Below are positions 40,001 to 51,285 of a stretch of 64,000 bases of DNA, in pieces. This DNA is from Bispira polyomma. Its lineage: Eukaryota. The number at the start of each line of letters is the position of its first letter. Within the stretch, counting starts at the first letter, position 1. The position numbers and the translations under genes were made by a program. Where the stretch lies: positions 28,086,001 through 28,150,000 of the forward strand of contig OZ287753.1 in assembly GCA_965649765.1 (NCBI GenBank), in the 5' to 3' direction. The notes beneath the pieces were generated by a model. The model was not told the origin of the DNA. It searched no databases and saw only the letters and a list, made by a program, of their open reading frames with translations.

Positions 40001-40258
40001 GGGCCGCGGTGACCTAGTGGTTAGCAAGCATTGCACTTCACAATCACTGGTCTCTCACCTCTGGGCGGCGTGAGTTCGAATCCCGTCGATGCCTATGTGG
40101 GAAAGGTGGTAGTTCCTTACTGTGGGCCGCTGGTTTTTCTGCAGAACCTTGACCGAATGTATGCAGTGTTTCCTCCAGCCTTTCCAACTACCCGTCCCAA
40201 TATAACCTACAAAAAGGTACTAGAGTGGACGTTAAAAATATCCAAATTCAAATTCAAA
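40001..40258 (+). mobile_element. Young full-length tRNA-derived SINE family B with 15-bp TSD
   Basis: A-box tgacctagtgg, B-box gagttcgaatcc, (caaatt)n tail. Perfect TSD tcccaagtagttttg at 39986-40000 and 40259-40273. Tail fragments at 42370-42441 (minus) and 49672-49707 (minus). Confidence 0.92.
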
Positions 40259-40894
40259 TCCCAAGTAGTTTTGAGGTGTAAGGAAAATACTTCAAGTACA
40301 TAGAAAGTACTCAGTACTGCCATCGATTTATACAGATCTTCACCAAGGTATCTTCTGTGGGCCATGGCCTAACCCTTCCACAATGTTTGGTCAAAATTGG
40401 TTCAGTAGTTTTTTTTGCGTAACCCTGCTAACAAACAAAACAATCAGACAAACCAAAATTCAGCAGTGAAAACATGACTTTCTTGGTGAAGGTCTCATAA
40501 AATATCATGGAATTTACATCATTTTAATTATTAAAAAACCAATTTCCTGCGAGTTTGAAACCTCAGCCTTCAGTAAGTTCACTGCCAATTGATCATATGA
40601 TATAAATGCTAATAACTTGTTACCATGAACTATGGGTCACAACAAAACCCAAGCTGCTTCAGTGGGCAAATGTGTAGACTCATGCATGGTTTATTTTAAT
40701 GTTCGTTCTTGGCTTATTTTGAAATTCCAAGTTCACAAATGTGAGGAACGCATAATTGTACTCGATTGAAGATTGGCATTCATGATTTTAAAATCTAAAG
40801 TCTTAATCGATCTTGGGCAAACATGATCGGTGTAAAATTTCTGTACACAGACTTTTTTGTTGTATTGTAAATTGAATGTACACTTTACACATTT

Positions 40895-41140
40895 GGTTCC
40901 CGTGGCCTAGTGGTTAGGGAGTTGGTCTGATGATCAGAAGGTCCCCGGTTCTATTCCCGGTACAGGCTGCTAGTTTCATTGGTGGGATAACATCCTTGGG
41001 AAAGATGTGTACACACGTTTGCCTAGTGGCTCAGATGACCACTTAAAATGGCTGGTACTCTGTCACTGGGTCCTATCCCCCAGTGGCAGGCTAAAGATCT
41101 TTGGGGATGTTGATAAATGGTGTCATCCTCAAACCTCTCT
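40895..41140 (+). mobile_element. tRNA-derived SINE family A (3'-truncated)
   Basis: A-box tggcctagtgg, B-box ggttctattcc. Matches the 8797-9126 minus-strand copy. Confidence 0.82.
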
Positions 41141-42443
41141 ATTCAGTTAGGGAGAATGACAGTAACTGAGGCAATTGACCATTGCAGACAGGAAAGTGTT
41201 AATTAGCCCTCTGAATACCAGATGAAGATACTAATAACTGTCATCCCATAACTCAAGAGACAGGCTCAATTATCAAAGTCCACATGGTTCCGTAAAGTGA
41301 CACGTAGGATAGGACCAAATTTAGATGTCATTTTAGCCACTATATCAGTATTAGGCAGTACGCAGTATCCAAGGCTGGAGTCAAACCCAGGTCCTATGCA
41401 TTTCCAACTCGTATGTTATCCACAAACAAGATCCAATACACATTTCCCATGTTTATTCTGTCTGCCAAATGTTTTATTTCCAACTCGTCTGCTATTAAAA
41501 TAGTATTTATTAACTGCACTGAAATAAAATATTTAAGGCAATTCACAACAAGAGAAAGGTAAAAGTAATTTGTACAATTATGAGGCCGTTATAAAACACT
41601 GACCTTCTGGATATATATTGAGTACATTATGATTCTTTTCTTTCGTTGAGGTTGGTGTCAGGAGAGGCTTACATTCATTATGTGCTCCAATAGAACAGTT
41701 ACATAGAATGACTTAAGTAAATCAACCTACTATATTTGTGTGCTACCATGTTAGGTTTAAGTTATTACTGGTGACTCTAGTCTAATTTACATTTAACACA
41801 GGTCCTTTATGAGCCCTTCTCATTGCATTACAAGCAACTTTATATGGAAAGCAAGTAAATAGGTTATAATTTCTGTTTATTATGTCATGGACATATTACT
41901 CCAGTCAATTTAAGCCCAAAAATGACTCAACCTAGTAATAATTGAAACATAAATCCTTATTGCTGTATAAGGTAGAGAAATATGTCACTGATCAGATATC
42001 AAAAATTTAGTAAAATATAATAGGTGGAAAATTTGACTGTTTATAATGCCTCCACAGCAATTATTTCTACTGAAAATTGTGATACTGGATGAGCATGGTA
42101 AGGAGTAAAGAAGACATATTTTTGTTATATTTCCTTGTCAACCAGTTTTAAACAATATAAAATTGTCTTTGTCCATAAAAATTATATAAATATCAGTTAG
42201 TACTTTCCATTTTTCCATTAGTTTTAGGCATAGTGTACACCTAGGCTTTGCCTTTAAGCTACGCCGCCAAGCGTGGTCAAATTCCTGGTATATCTGTGGA
42301 ATATTCCGTAAATGGTATCTTTTAAGTGGAAACAATGTGGGTGTTATGTTTTAAAGTAGTTGAATAGGGATATTTAATGTCCACTCTAGTACCTGTTTAG
42401 GTTATATTGTGACGGGTAGTTGGAAACGCTGGAGCAAACACTG

Positions 42444-43686
42444 TATATGTTAAAGTGAATATGTGTAATCAGGGAACACGCATATTCCCTGAAAATTTCA
42501 TGAAATACATGTATTCCCTGATATTATTAGGTAGTTCTTACACATATTCCCTGAACCAAATTCAGTGAGTATGTGTAAGGGATAAAAGTCATTTTTACTA
42601 AAAGTTAATGTAACATTATGCACATAAAATAGTTCATGGATTCCATTGATGACAATTAATTAATATCAGATAGAAGTACATTGTATAACTATTCAGTTTC
42701 TCAATTTCATTGATGTTTAAGGGATCAAAGTCATTTAAATAAAATAATGTTAAAATATACACACAAAAAAAGTTTATAGATTCTTTTAATATAATGAATT
42801 AATTTATGTGTATGGACATTATACATATACTGTATTGTTACTAATAGGATAAAAAAAATTTAAGTTATAACCTCATTGGCTTCCTATGATAAACTAGAAA
42901 TTGTTCTTAAATATGTCTTAAATGTTCCAAAATAAGCTGATGTCTTTATATCATTAAATGATACCAATACCTTCTAACCAAGAAATTAACATAAGATAAG
43001 TATAATTATTATTAATGCACAGGTAATTCTCAGGATTATAATGCTAATAGGATTACTTGAAGATGTACAGTTGGTTGCTGTGAAGTATAAAGTAAAGTAT
43101 TCGGGTGAAATAGGCTTATTTGAGATGTACACTTAATTGTAATGGCTTCTCACCTAAATATTCTTTTTAAGGTGTTGTTTTTATTCTAATGCACATCAAA
43201 TACCATTCAATGTAAAAGTATAAATTTCAGAACTCTTTGGAATTATAATCAATAGCCATTTTATAAAAGACTGACATATTTCGGTTGATATGTAAGCTGA
43301 GATGTTTCAGTTATTTTCATTCCTGATTTAATAAACAGTACCATGGATAGGTCAATTAAAAATCAATTTATAGAAATTTAAAAAAAAAAAAGTTCGAAAA
43401 ATTCAAAATTGCTAGCAATATTTAAAAACAAGATATGAATACTACCTTTTGACAAAGTATCTTCTTAACTGGGTTACAAAAGTCAAGTTCACATTTTCTT
43501 TTAAAAATTCTGCATAGAATTTAAATTGTATTTTACTTCAGATATGAACTATAATTTACAATAAGTTTGATATATTTGTGGGTTCAAAGTTGTTTCAATA
43601 CAGTTTCAAACATTGCAATAACTTTGATAAACCATATTCAGGAGATACGTGTATTCCCTGATTACACATATTCACTGTAACATATA
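42444..43686. mobile_element. Non-autonomous TIR element (MITE-like, ~1.24 kb)
   Basis: ~50-bp terminal inverted repeats tatatgtta(a/c)agtgaatatgtgtaatcagggaa.. / ..ttccctgattacacatattcactgtaacatata. AT-rich non-coding interior. Confidence 0.8.
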
Positions 43687-45376
43687 CATAACATATGACA
43701 TAACCTTTGCCTTGACCACAGAAATTTTGAACGGTCATAAACTCCATAGAAAATTAAATGGAGTGAAATGTGGCTATATGGAAAGAAAACAAAGTCAAAT
43801 TTAAACAGAGCGCGAAAAATCCTGTGAGTATACTTGGAGATATCATGTATATATGTAAGTACGTGCGAGGTAACTTGTTTATATTTAGCCATAACTTGTA
43901 GATCTGCAACGAAAATGGTGTCAGTTTCCAGCTTTTTTTAGTGCATGTCCATGGGCAATGTACATGATCTATCTGCGTATATCCAGGAGCTTTCCAGCTT
44001 AACAGCTTAAAAGTTTGCAACCATAATCTAATGACTCTAACATGAAATTCAGTAGGTCATTCCTACTAAGTAGGAGCTTTAGAAACAGTGTAGCAACCTT
44101 GTCTATAACTCCACTAAAGGTAGGACTTAGTAGAATAATAGCTCCTAATTTCGGGAAGGCTTTGTGAAATATGGGCATTACCTTTTCAATGTAATTAGCA
44201 ATCATTTTGTTTTTGTATGTATGCAATCAATGCTGTCTCCACGTAGAAAGACACTATGAGATTGAAGTCAAATTTATTGTTGGGAATTGCCTTCATAAAA
44301 GGCCTACATACACTATTATTAAACAAAATATATAGAATTGAAAAAAATTACATTTATATTTTCTAAACGAAGCATCTGGTGAATTTTTCCCTTTGGCACT
44401 CATACTGGGAATGGACTTTTCAACTATTTAGAGGAAATTGTCAAATAGAAAATAATAAATTAAAATTAATCATATATAAGATGTGCTTAAGCATTAAATC
44501 ATACATATCAAGTTTTTGTTAATACAATCTGTTCTATGCAAAATCTGTTCCATGCAAATCATGTGATTTGGTCTAAAAGAAAAAACACACCTCAAATATA
44601 ACTTAACCACGGCACTCACAGCCAATCTTTCTAGTATCATTTTGTTGTCCATACACCAATCACTCTCTCTAGTTCCCTATTATCCGCCGTCAGATTTGGC
44701 AGATTTGGTGAGATTTGGTGTTACTGTAATTCACATTACACAGAGCATTAATATATTTTACTGGGATATAAAAGAAGCATAATGAAAAACACTCACCAAA
44801 AGAAAAGACACAGCAGCATTTATATGAAGTTTCACTGATTTTAATGAAATCTTTTATACTTGATATATAGCCAAACCACATGTATGATGTCATATATCAG
44901 GAACATCATTTCTACACTAAAGAAATTTACCTAACATTATATAGTTATGTATTATATTAGTCATGTAACAATCTGAAAAAAATGTCACCAAATAGGTTTG
45001 CATCTTTCAATTCAATAAAATTCCCCAGAAAAACAACATGCCATAGAATAGAAATGGTGTCCCTTTTACATTAGAGTAAAAAGGGAATCAATTTAGCTTT
45101 GGATACAAAGTAAATAACTTGAGAGGAGCTAGCAATTATGGGAAAATATTCTTGTGTCATCAGCAAAAAGTTATTTTTGCATTATCTCAAGAGTATTTAT
45201 CTCCCTCTCCCTCTTAGTCAATATCTGAAGGTTTTTCTATCTGCATCAGAGGCCCATCTATTTATTCATACATACACCCAGACATCCATACACTAAGGCA
45301 TATATCCACACATACACACCCAATCGTTTTTGTAAATGCACACCCATCTAACCAAATACACCCATGTTTCTGAATC

Positions 45377-45787
45377 TGATATGGGCGAAGTGCGCCCAGG
45401 TTCAGTCAACTGTGCAAGTTATAATCAAATCACTATTATGCAAGTTTATACTAGGGTCTCTTCAGGGCTTCCATAGGGTCACCTCACTTTGTGGCTGGGG
45501 AATAATTCCATACCTCAGACATATCAACCTTCACACTTTTCTGGTAGGGAAAAGCTCACTTTCAAACACTGCAATTTGTCATGTACACATTTTTATTTCA
45601 GACATTCCAATTTGTCATGTACACACTTTTATCCCAGACTTCAATTTGTCATGTACACACTTTATTAACTTCTCGCTTTTCCGCTGTATTTTTCCCCACC
45701 TGTCCAAAGTCTTGGTCCCTATATAAACCCCTTTCCCCCTGGGTTCTTTGCATTTGATTGTTGTTGTGCTGCCAGTAATTTTCTTGC
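45377..45787 (+). repeat. E3 repeat A1
   Basis: Four differences counted by eye against A2. Begins with hairpin gggcg-aagtg-cgccc and contains three ~35-bp subrepeats aatttgtcatgtacaca. Confidence 0.95.
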
Positions 45788-46324
45788 ACGTTTGGGGCAT
45801 CACAAAATAATCTCTTGCCATTCATAGCACTGAGCGGACAAGGTAGTAGTGCTGTACCAGATTTGATATTTAAACTGTTACGGACAAACTTGAGTCAAGT
45901 GGGTGAGAACACTGTGATCCTGGGTTACGCTACAGTGCCACTAGTTTCGTTTAGTTTTTTAGTTGATCTTTATGTCCTAAGGGTGGGCATGCTGTGAACG
46001 GACAACCAATAGTGTAGCAACTGTGGGACAGTTGTGTGGGGTCTGTGGGACAGGCCCGGTATTAGTGAACCAATAGTAAAGGTGACCCAGATAATGTATG
46101 ACTGATCCTGATAGTACACATAGAGTTAAAAATTGGTGGGCGTTGGTGTAAGAGTACGTTGTGATCTGGTACGAGGTACTGTGTTGGTGACCGTTTGGTT
46201 AAGTCGTGGGTGAGAAGCAGAATTGGGGCCAGTACTGGGGAATCTATGCAGGTAGAGAGAAAACTGCTGGTAGTGGCATGATTCCACCTGGTAGGGTAGC
46301 CAAGAAGTCTGCGTTCTGTAATCA

Positions 46325-47490
46325 TTGTTTAGTCAAACACGACAGGCCAGTTGGCGACTCTGTCGTTTTGTTGTAAGGACAAACACTAGAACTATGATTG
46401 ACCAAACCAAATTGTTCACTGATACTCAGATACCCCCAGGCCAGACACCTCGTGGTGAACTCTCTGGTGATAACACCGTGGTATTGGACCAAGGGTCCGA
46501 AACGAGGGCACCAGTCAATAAGTTGGACCAGATAATGGCTCATTTACAGAGACTAGAGGGTCAGGTAAAACAGGACAGAGAGAAAGATATGAACCTTTTC
46601 CTGGCGACCAGAGCTGCCGACGCTCCAGTGACGCCGGCTCCTGCCCCTGCTGTCCAGGCTGTTCCTGTCACTACCCAGAGGACTGGGTATGTGCTGTCCA
46701 CTGCAACTACCGAAGCCAGAGCCACCAGACCTGCTCCTGCCAGAGACTACCATGCTGAACTGGACGAATTGGAGTGAGGAGTCTTGCCCACCATGAGTTT
46801 TCTGAAGGAGAACCAGCCCATACAGCAGGAAGTTAATAGACATTTGACACAGCTAGATTTAGCAGACAGACATGACCACCTCGATGGGGTGCAAGGTAAA
46901 AAGATTAAATCTGGTCTATAGAGTAGGGGACACATTTGCTAAAGTAAACATAAATTTGCCTCATGAATTTTGTCTGGGACCTGATAGAGAATCTCCTGTG
47001 TATGATGAGCTTAGCTCAATTCAATTTTGCCAAGGGTTTATGGGATGTGTCCTTCAAGAGGAAAATGCTGTAGTGAAACAAAACATGTTAAGGTATGGCC
47101 ATCAGTTACTTCAGGATGCTCAAGAGACGAGCTGGTTTACGGCTAAAACGGCACATAAAATATTGCTCCAAGAAATGGAGAAAGGTAAAATCACTTGGTT
47201 AGATTTTCAGGACATTTCCAATATCAGAAGTAGATACACCCGAAGGGTGGTTCAGCCCCCTAATAATGCATCAAAATTGAAAGCCGCTCAGTCTCCGACA
47301 GCTGTACCTTGTAACTATAACAAAGGCCAATGTCACCTTAGATCAGATCATGTAGAGAGAAATGAACTGCACAAACATGGGTGTTCGTATTGTCATGGCA
47401 TAATTTAAGTTTTTTGGCCACAGCGAAAGTACCTGTAATAGGAAATTAAAGGAAGTGAGGCCTCCAAAAAATGAGGTGGCCAAACAGTAA
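46325..47490 (+). pseudogene. E3 gag-like ORF, disrupted
   Basis: Coiled-coil LDQIMAHLQRLEGQV. VLPTMSFLKENQPIQQEV aligns with E2 VVPSIETLRQSDQLQLPV. Further motifs GKKIKSG, YDELSSIQFCQGF, SWFTAKTAHKILLQEMEKGKITW, and Zn fingers CNYNKGQC..H and CSYC..HSESTC. Start codon not resolved. Confidence 0.85.
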
Positions 47491-49614
47491 ATTTGTTTAG
47501 GCGTACACGAATATTTAACTCTAATAGAGGTAAAGCTTTTATTGCCAAGTTTCACAAATCAAATAACCTTTACGACGAACCCATATTTGTGCATTCTAGA
47601 GTTTTTGTTAATTCTAAATTTCATAGACACAATTCACGTGTTGTGTCAGATGTTGGTAATAATGCTGAAAACATTCGTGTTCCCTTACAAACTATTGCTG
47701 ATGGCCCTACGGTAGCCTGTAATACTGAAGTAAATGTTGGTTTAGAGAGTGTCATTGACAATGAGAATTCTAGCAAGGTCTGTCCCTGGTAGATGCAAGT
47801 TCCACGTTACCTAATATAGACCATAATGTCACAAGTATTAACACACGTACTTCCTCTGGGGTCGATACTCGCCCTATTTACAGACTTTCTAACGAGTCTC
47901 AGTACACCCAGCAATTTGGGTTCGTGCGTCCATGCAGGAGTGATTACAGTCTGTCTGGTTCATATTCTCAAGTGGCTGCCTCTTCCTTTGATGACTGGGT
48001 TTTAAAAACACATGCTATTGTCTCCAAAACAGGCGTTTCTAATTATAAATCTTGTATTAAAGTTCCTTTCAGAACTGAATTTGCCTTTATGGTTAGATTT
48101 GTTTAAAAGATTACACTGACCCAATTCTCTATGAATATTTGATATTTGGATTTCCACTATGTGTGGATAGGAAAAGTTTTCGGTTTAATACTAGGGTGGA
48201 TAATCATAATTCAGCCCTTGCGTTTCCTAAGGACTTTGTATTTTTCTACAGAAACCAGTCACAAGGCTATGGCAGGCCCCTATGATAGGCAACCATTCGA
48301 ACATATGCATTTTTCGCCTTTACTTTCAAGGCCTAAATCTAACGACACACGTCGTATCATTGTTAATCTGTTTTACCCACAAAACATGTCTGTAAATAGT
48401 TGTGTACAGGATAACGTTTACGACGGATACGATTTGTTTGACATATCCCACTATAGACCACATTATAGATGAAATTGTTAGTGTAGGAAAAGATGCTTAT
48501 TTATACAAAATCAACGTAAGTCGCGCGTTTAAGAGCCTCCGAATTGACCCGGTTGATTATGACGTCATGGGGTTGTCTTGGGAAAAATAAGTTCTAATAT
48601 AGACGTGGCGGTAGCGTTTGGCTACAAACACGGATCTGGGCTCATGCAGCAATTGGTTGACTTTTTGTGTTTTGTTATGCATTCCCAAAATTATACTATC
48701 CTAGGATACATCGATGACGTCATTGGCGTCCAACGAGTTGATAGGGCTAGTGCTGCTTATCAAACCCTTTTATAACTTAATGGACAACTTAGGTTTGCCA
48801 ATCAACAGTGAAAAGCTAGTTCCCCCTAGTCGTAGAGTTACATGTATGGGTATTTTGACTGATGCTGAAAATGGTACAGTTCAAATTCCTGAGGAAAAGT
48901 TATCTGAAATTAGAACTTGTTGTAGACGTTGGGTAAATAGACGTTTTGCATCTAAGCGGGGTTTTCAGTCACTTTTGGGTCGGTTATTGTATGTCCATCG
49001 CTGTGTGCGCCCTGCACGTTTGTTAATCGCATGCTCCAATGCTTTAGGTCGGCTACTACAGATAGAATACCCCTTTCTGATGGCTTTCATCGTGACCTAG
49101 CTTGGTTTAATCAGTTTTGGTATTTAATGGCACTGTGATGATACACGACCAGAAACATATTGACCTTGAAGTACATGTGGACGCTACCTTTTCGGGTATA
49201 GGTGCAAAATGTGGCAATAATGTTTATGCAGCCACTTATCCTATTAATACTCTCGAGTTGTATACCATAGTTCGCCTAGAAATGGCCAATATTTGGGTTA
49301 TGCTAAACACGTGGCAAACAATGTTTAAGGGTAAACTCATAAGAGTACACTGTGATAATGAGGCCGTTGTGTCTGTTCTCAACACGGGTCGCTCTAGAGA
49401 TTCTATACTCATGGCTTATGCTCGTTCTATTTGGCTGTTAACAGCTAGTCTAGATGAACAGGTTCAATATGCCCATGTATATGGTGTGAATAATCAAGAC
49501 GCAGACTGTTTATCACGTTGGTTTTCTGGTCGTGTCTCTATTGAGCTATGCGAAAAGTTTTATAATTGTAAGTGGTGGGAAATTGACCCACAGGTGTTTT
49601 ATTCCAAATACTGA
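47466..49614 (+). pseudogene. E3 pol (linker + RT + RNase H), heavily frameshifted
   Basis: RRIIVNL, KINVSRAFK, AFGYKHG, YIDD, VTCMGI, FQSLLGRLLY, HVDATFSGIGA, LEMAN, HCDN, ADCLSRW. Confidence 0.92.
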
Positions 49615-49627
49615 CGTATAATTTCAG

Positions 49628-50296
49628 ATTCTCCCTTGGGTACTGCTTTGGCTAGGTTTGCTCTGCAAAGAATTTGAATTTGGATATTTAACGTCCACTC
49701 TAGTACCTTTGCTCTGCAAAGAGTCCCTTTGGCGTATAAACAGAAAACAAGGTCGGCATATTTTGCACAGTTTCGGTTGTTTTTGGCTTTTGCCATGTTC
49801 ATAGGTATAGACGGTTACACTTCGTGTGCGTACGTCATAATATTTCTGGAGTATTTAGTCCAAAATGATTTGAAGCCACCTACGGTAGCAAATTATCTGT
49901 CAGTTATTAGACATTATTTTATAGATTGTCATTACTGGGTGTAAATCACCTAAAGGTTAGAATGTTCATGAAGTCAGTTACTAATAATTTGCCTTATGCT
50001 CCCAAGGTGAAGGGTTTTATTGGTATTGATATGTTGAAGCAAATTGTTACTAAGTGTGACTCTATCAGAAACGGGTTGGTTTTGGCTTCTATCATTAACT
50101 CTTTAGGCCTTGACCCTTCACATTTCATAGCTTCAGGCGTAGTGTTGCTACATATGCTTTCAATACTAATGTTGCTTTCCAAAACATACGTATACATGGC
50201 AATTGGCGCAGTGACGCTATATATTCTTACCTTACTTCCACAAATGCCGCCCATAAAGTGGCTATGAATTTCAAACTAAAACTACAAAATACTTAA
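49628..50296 (+). pseudogene. E3 tyrosine recombinase, internally deleted and interrupted
   Basis: The N-terminal part aligns with E1/E2. The region with the first catalytic Arg and WSKT is missing (junction ~50075). HSFRRS and HGNWRSDAIYSY are retained. Stop TAA at 50294-50296. Confidence 0.9.
49672..49707 (-). mobile_element. 36-bp 5'-truncated tail of SINE family B (or its partner LINE) inserted in E3 YR
   Basis: Reverse complement of the 40217-40258 tail. Perfect TSD tttgctctgcaaaga at 49657-49671 and 49708-49722. Confidence 0.92.
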
Positions 50297-50304
50297 TTGG
50301 GTTT

Positions 50305-51285
50305 GGCATTAGCCCTTTTTCTTCGCTTGGTAGAATGTAGTATATTGATGTTTTAACCTACTAATATATTCAATGAGAATAAAAATACCCAAACGAGTAT
50401 TTATACTAACTTTTATTTGTCTGTGTTCACACACTACACTCATTCACACATCAAGGTCATGCTTCACCACATAGTCCCAACTATGCTTTACATACTAAGC
50501 TTGGGGACTGTGATATGGGCGAAGTGCGCCCAGGTTCAGTCAACTGTGCAAGTTATAATCAAATCACTATTATGCAAGTTTATACTAGGGTCTCTTCAGG
50601 GCTTCCATAGGGTCACCTCACTTTGTGGCTGGGGAATAATTCCATACCTCAGACATATCAACCTTCACACTTTTCTGGTAGGGAAAAGCTCACTTTCAAA
50701 CACTGCAATTTGTCATGTACACATTTTTAATTTCAGACATTCAAATTTGTCATGTACACACTTTTATCCCAGACTTCAATTTGTCATGTACACACTTTAT
50801 TAACTTCTCACTTTTCCGCTGTATTTTTCCCCACCTGTTCAAAGTCTTGGTCCCTATATAAACCCCTTTCCCCCTGGGTTCTTTGCATTTGATTGTTGTT
50901 GTGCTGCCAGTAATTTTCTTGCCCATCCTTAGTCCCTCCCCTTTATTGGGTTTTATTTTTATGGTTTTTAATTTGGGTTTCTTTGTTATTAATGTACAGG
51001 TCAAGGACCTTTGTGTTAACCCTTTGTGGGTTGTGTTAATTTTATATTGTATTAATGTCATATGTATATGTATGGGGCAGGCATTAGCCCTTTTTCTTCT
51101 CTTGGTAGAATGTAGTATATTGATGTTTTAACCTACTAATATATTCAATGAGAATAAAAATGCCCAAACGAGTATTTATACTAACTTTTATTTGTCTGTG
51201 TTCACACACTACACTCATTCACACATCAAGGTCACGCTTCACCACATAGTCCCAACTATGCTTTACATACTAAGCTTGGGGACTG
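50305..51285 (+). repeat. E3 3' repeat block B1 (50305-50510), A2 (50511-50922), unique spacer (50923-51079), B2 (51080-51285)
   Basis: Direct sequence comparison; three differences between B1 and B2. Each B carries AATAAA and ends in an agtccc../..gggact stem. Confidence 0.95.

Larger units (their letters stand above)
45377..51285 (+). mobile_element. YR retrotransposon E3 with complete split direct repeats (A1-ORFs-B1-A2-spacer-B2)
   Basis: A1 45377-45787 = A2 50511-50922; B1 50305-50510 = B2 51080-51285. Gag, RT/RNase H and YR remnants lie between. No TSD and no methyltransferase domain. This is the Ngaro/PAT-type architecture. Confidence 0.97.

Noticed and set aside
40001-40090. tRNA genes at 40001, 40895 and 33657
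   Set aside because: A/B boxes are present but there is no cloverleaf. They continue into SINE cores and tails, and one has a TSD.
45364-45726. Duplicated ORFs 45364-45726 and 50417-50803
   Set aside because: Both are translations of the non-coding A repeat, with starts outside the repeat and no domain features.
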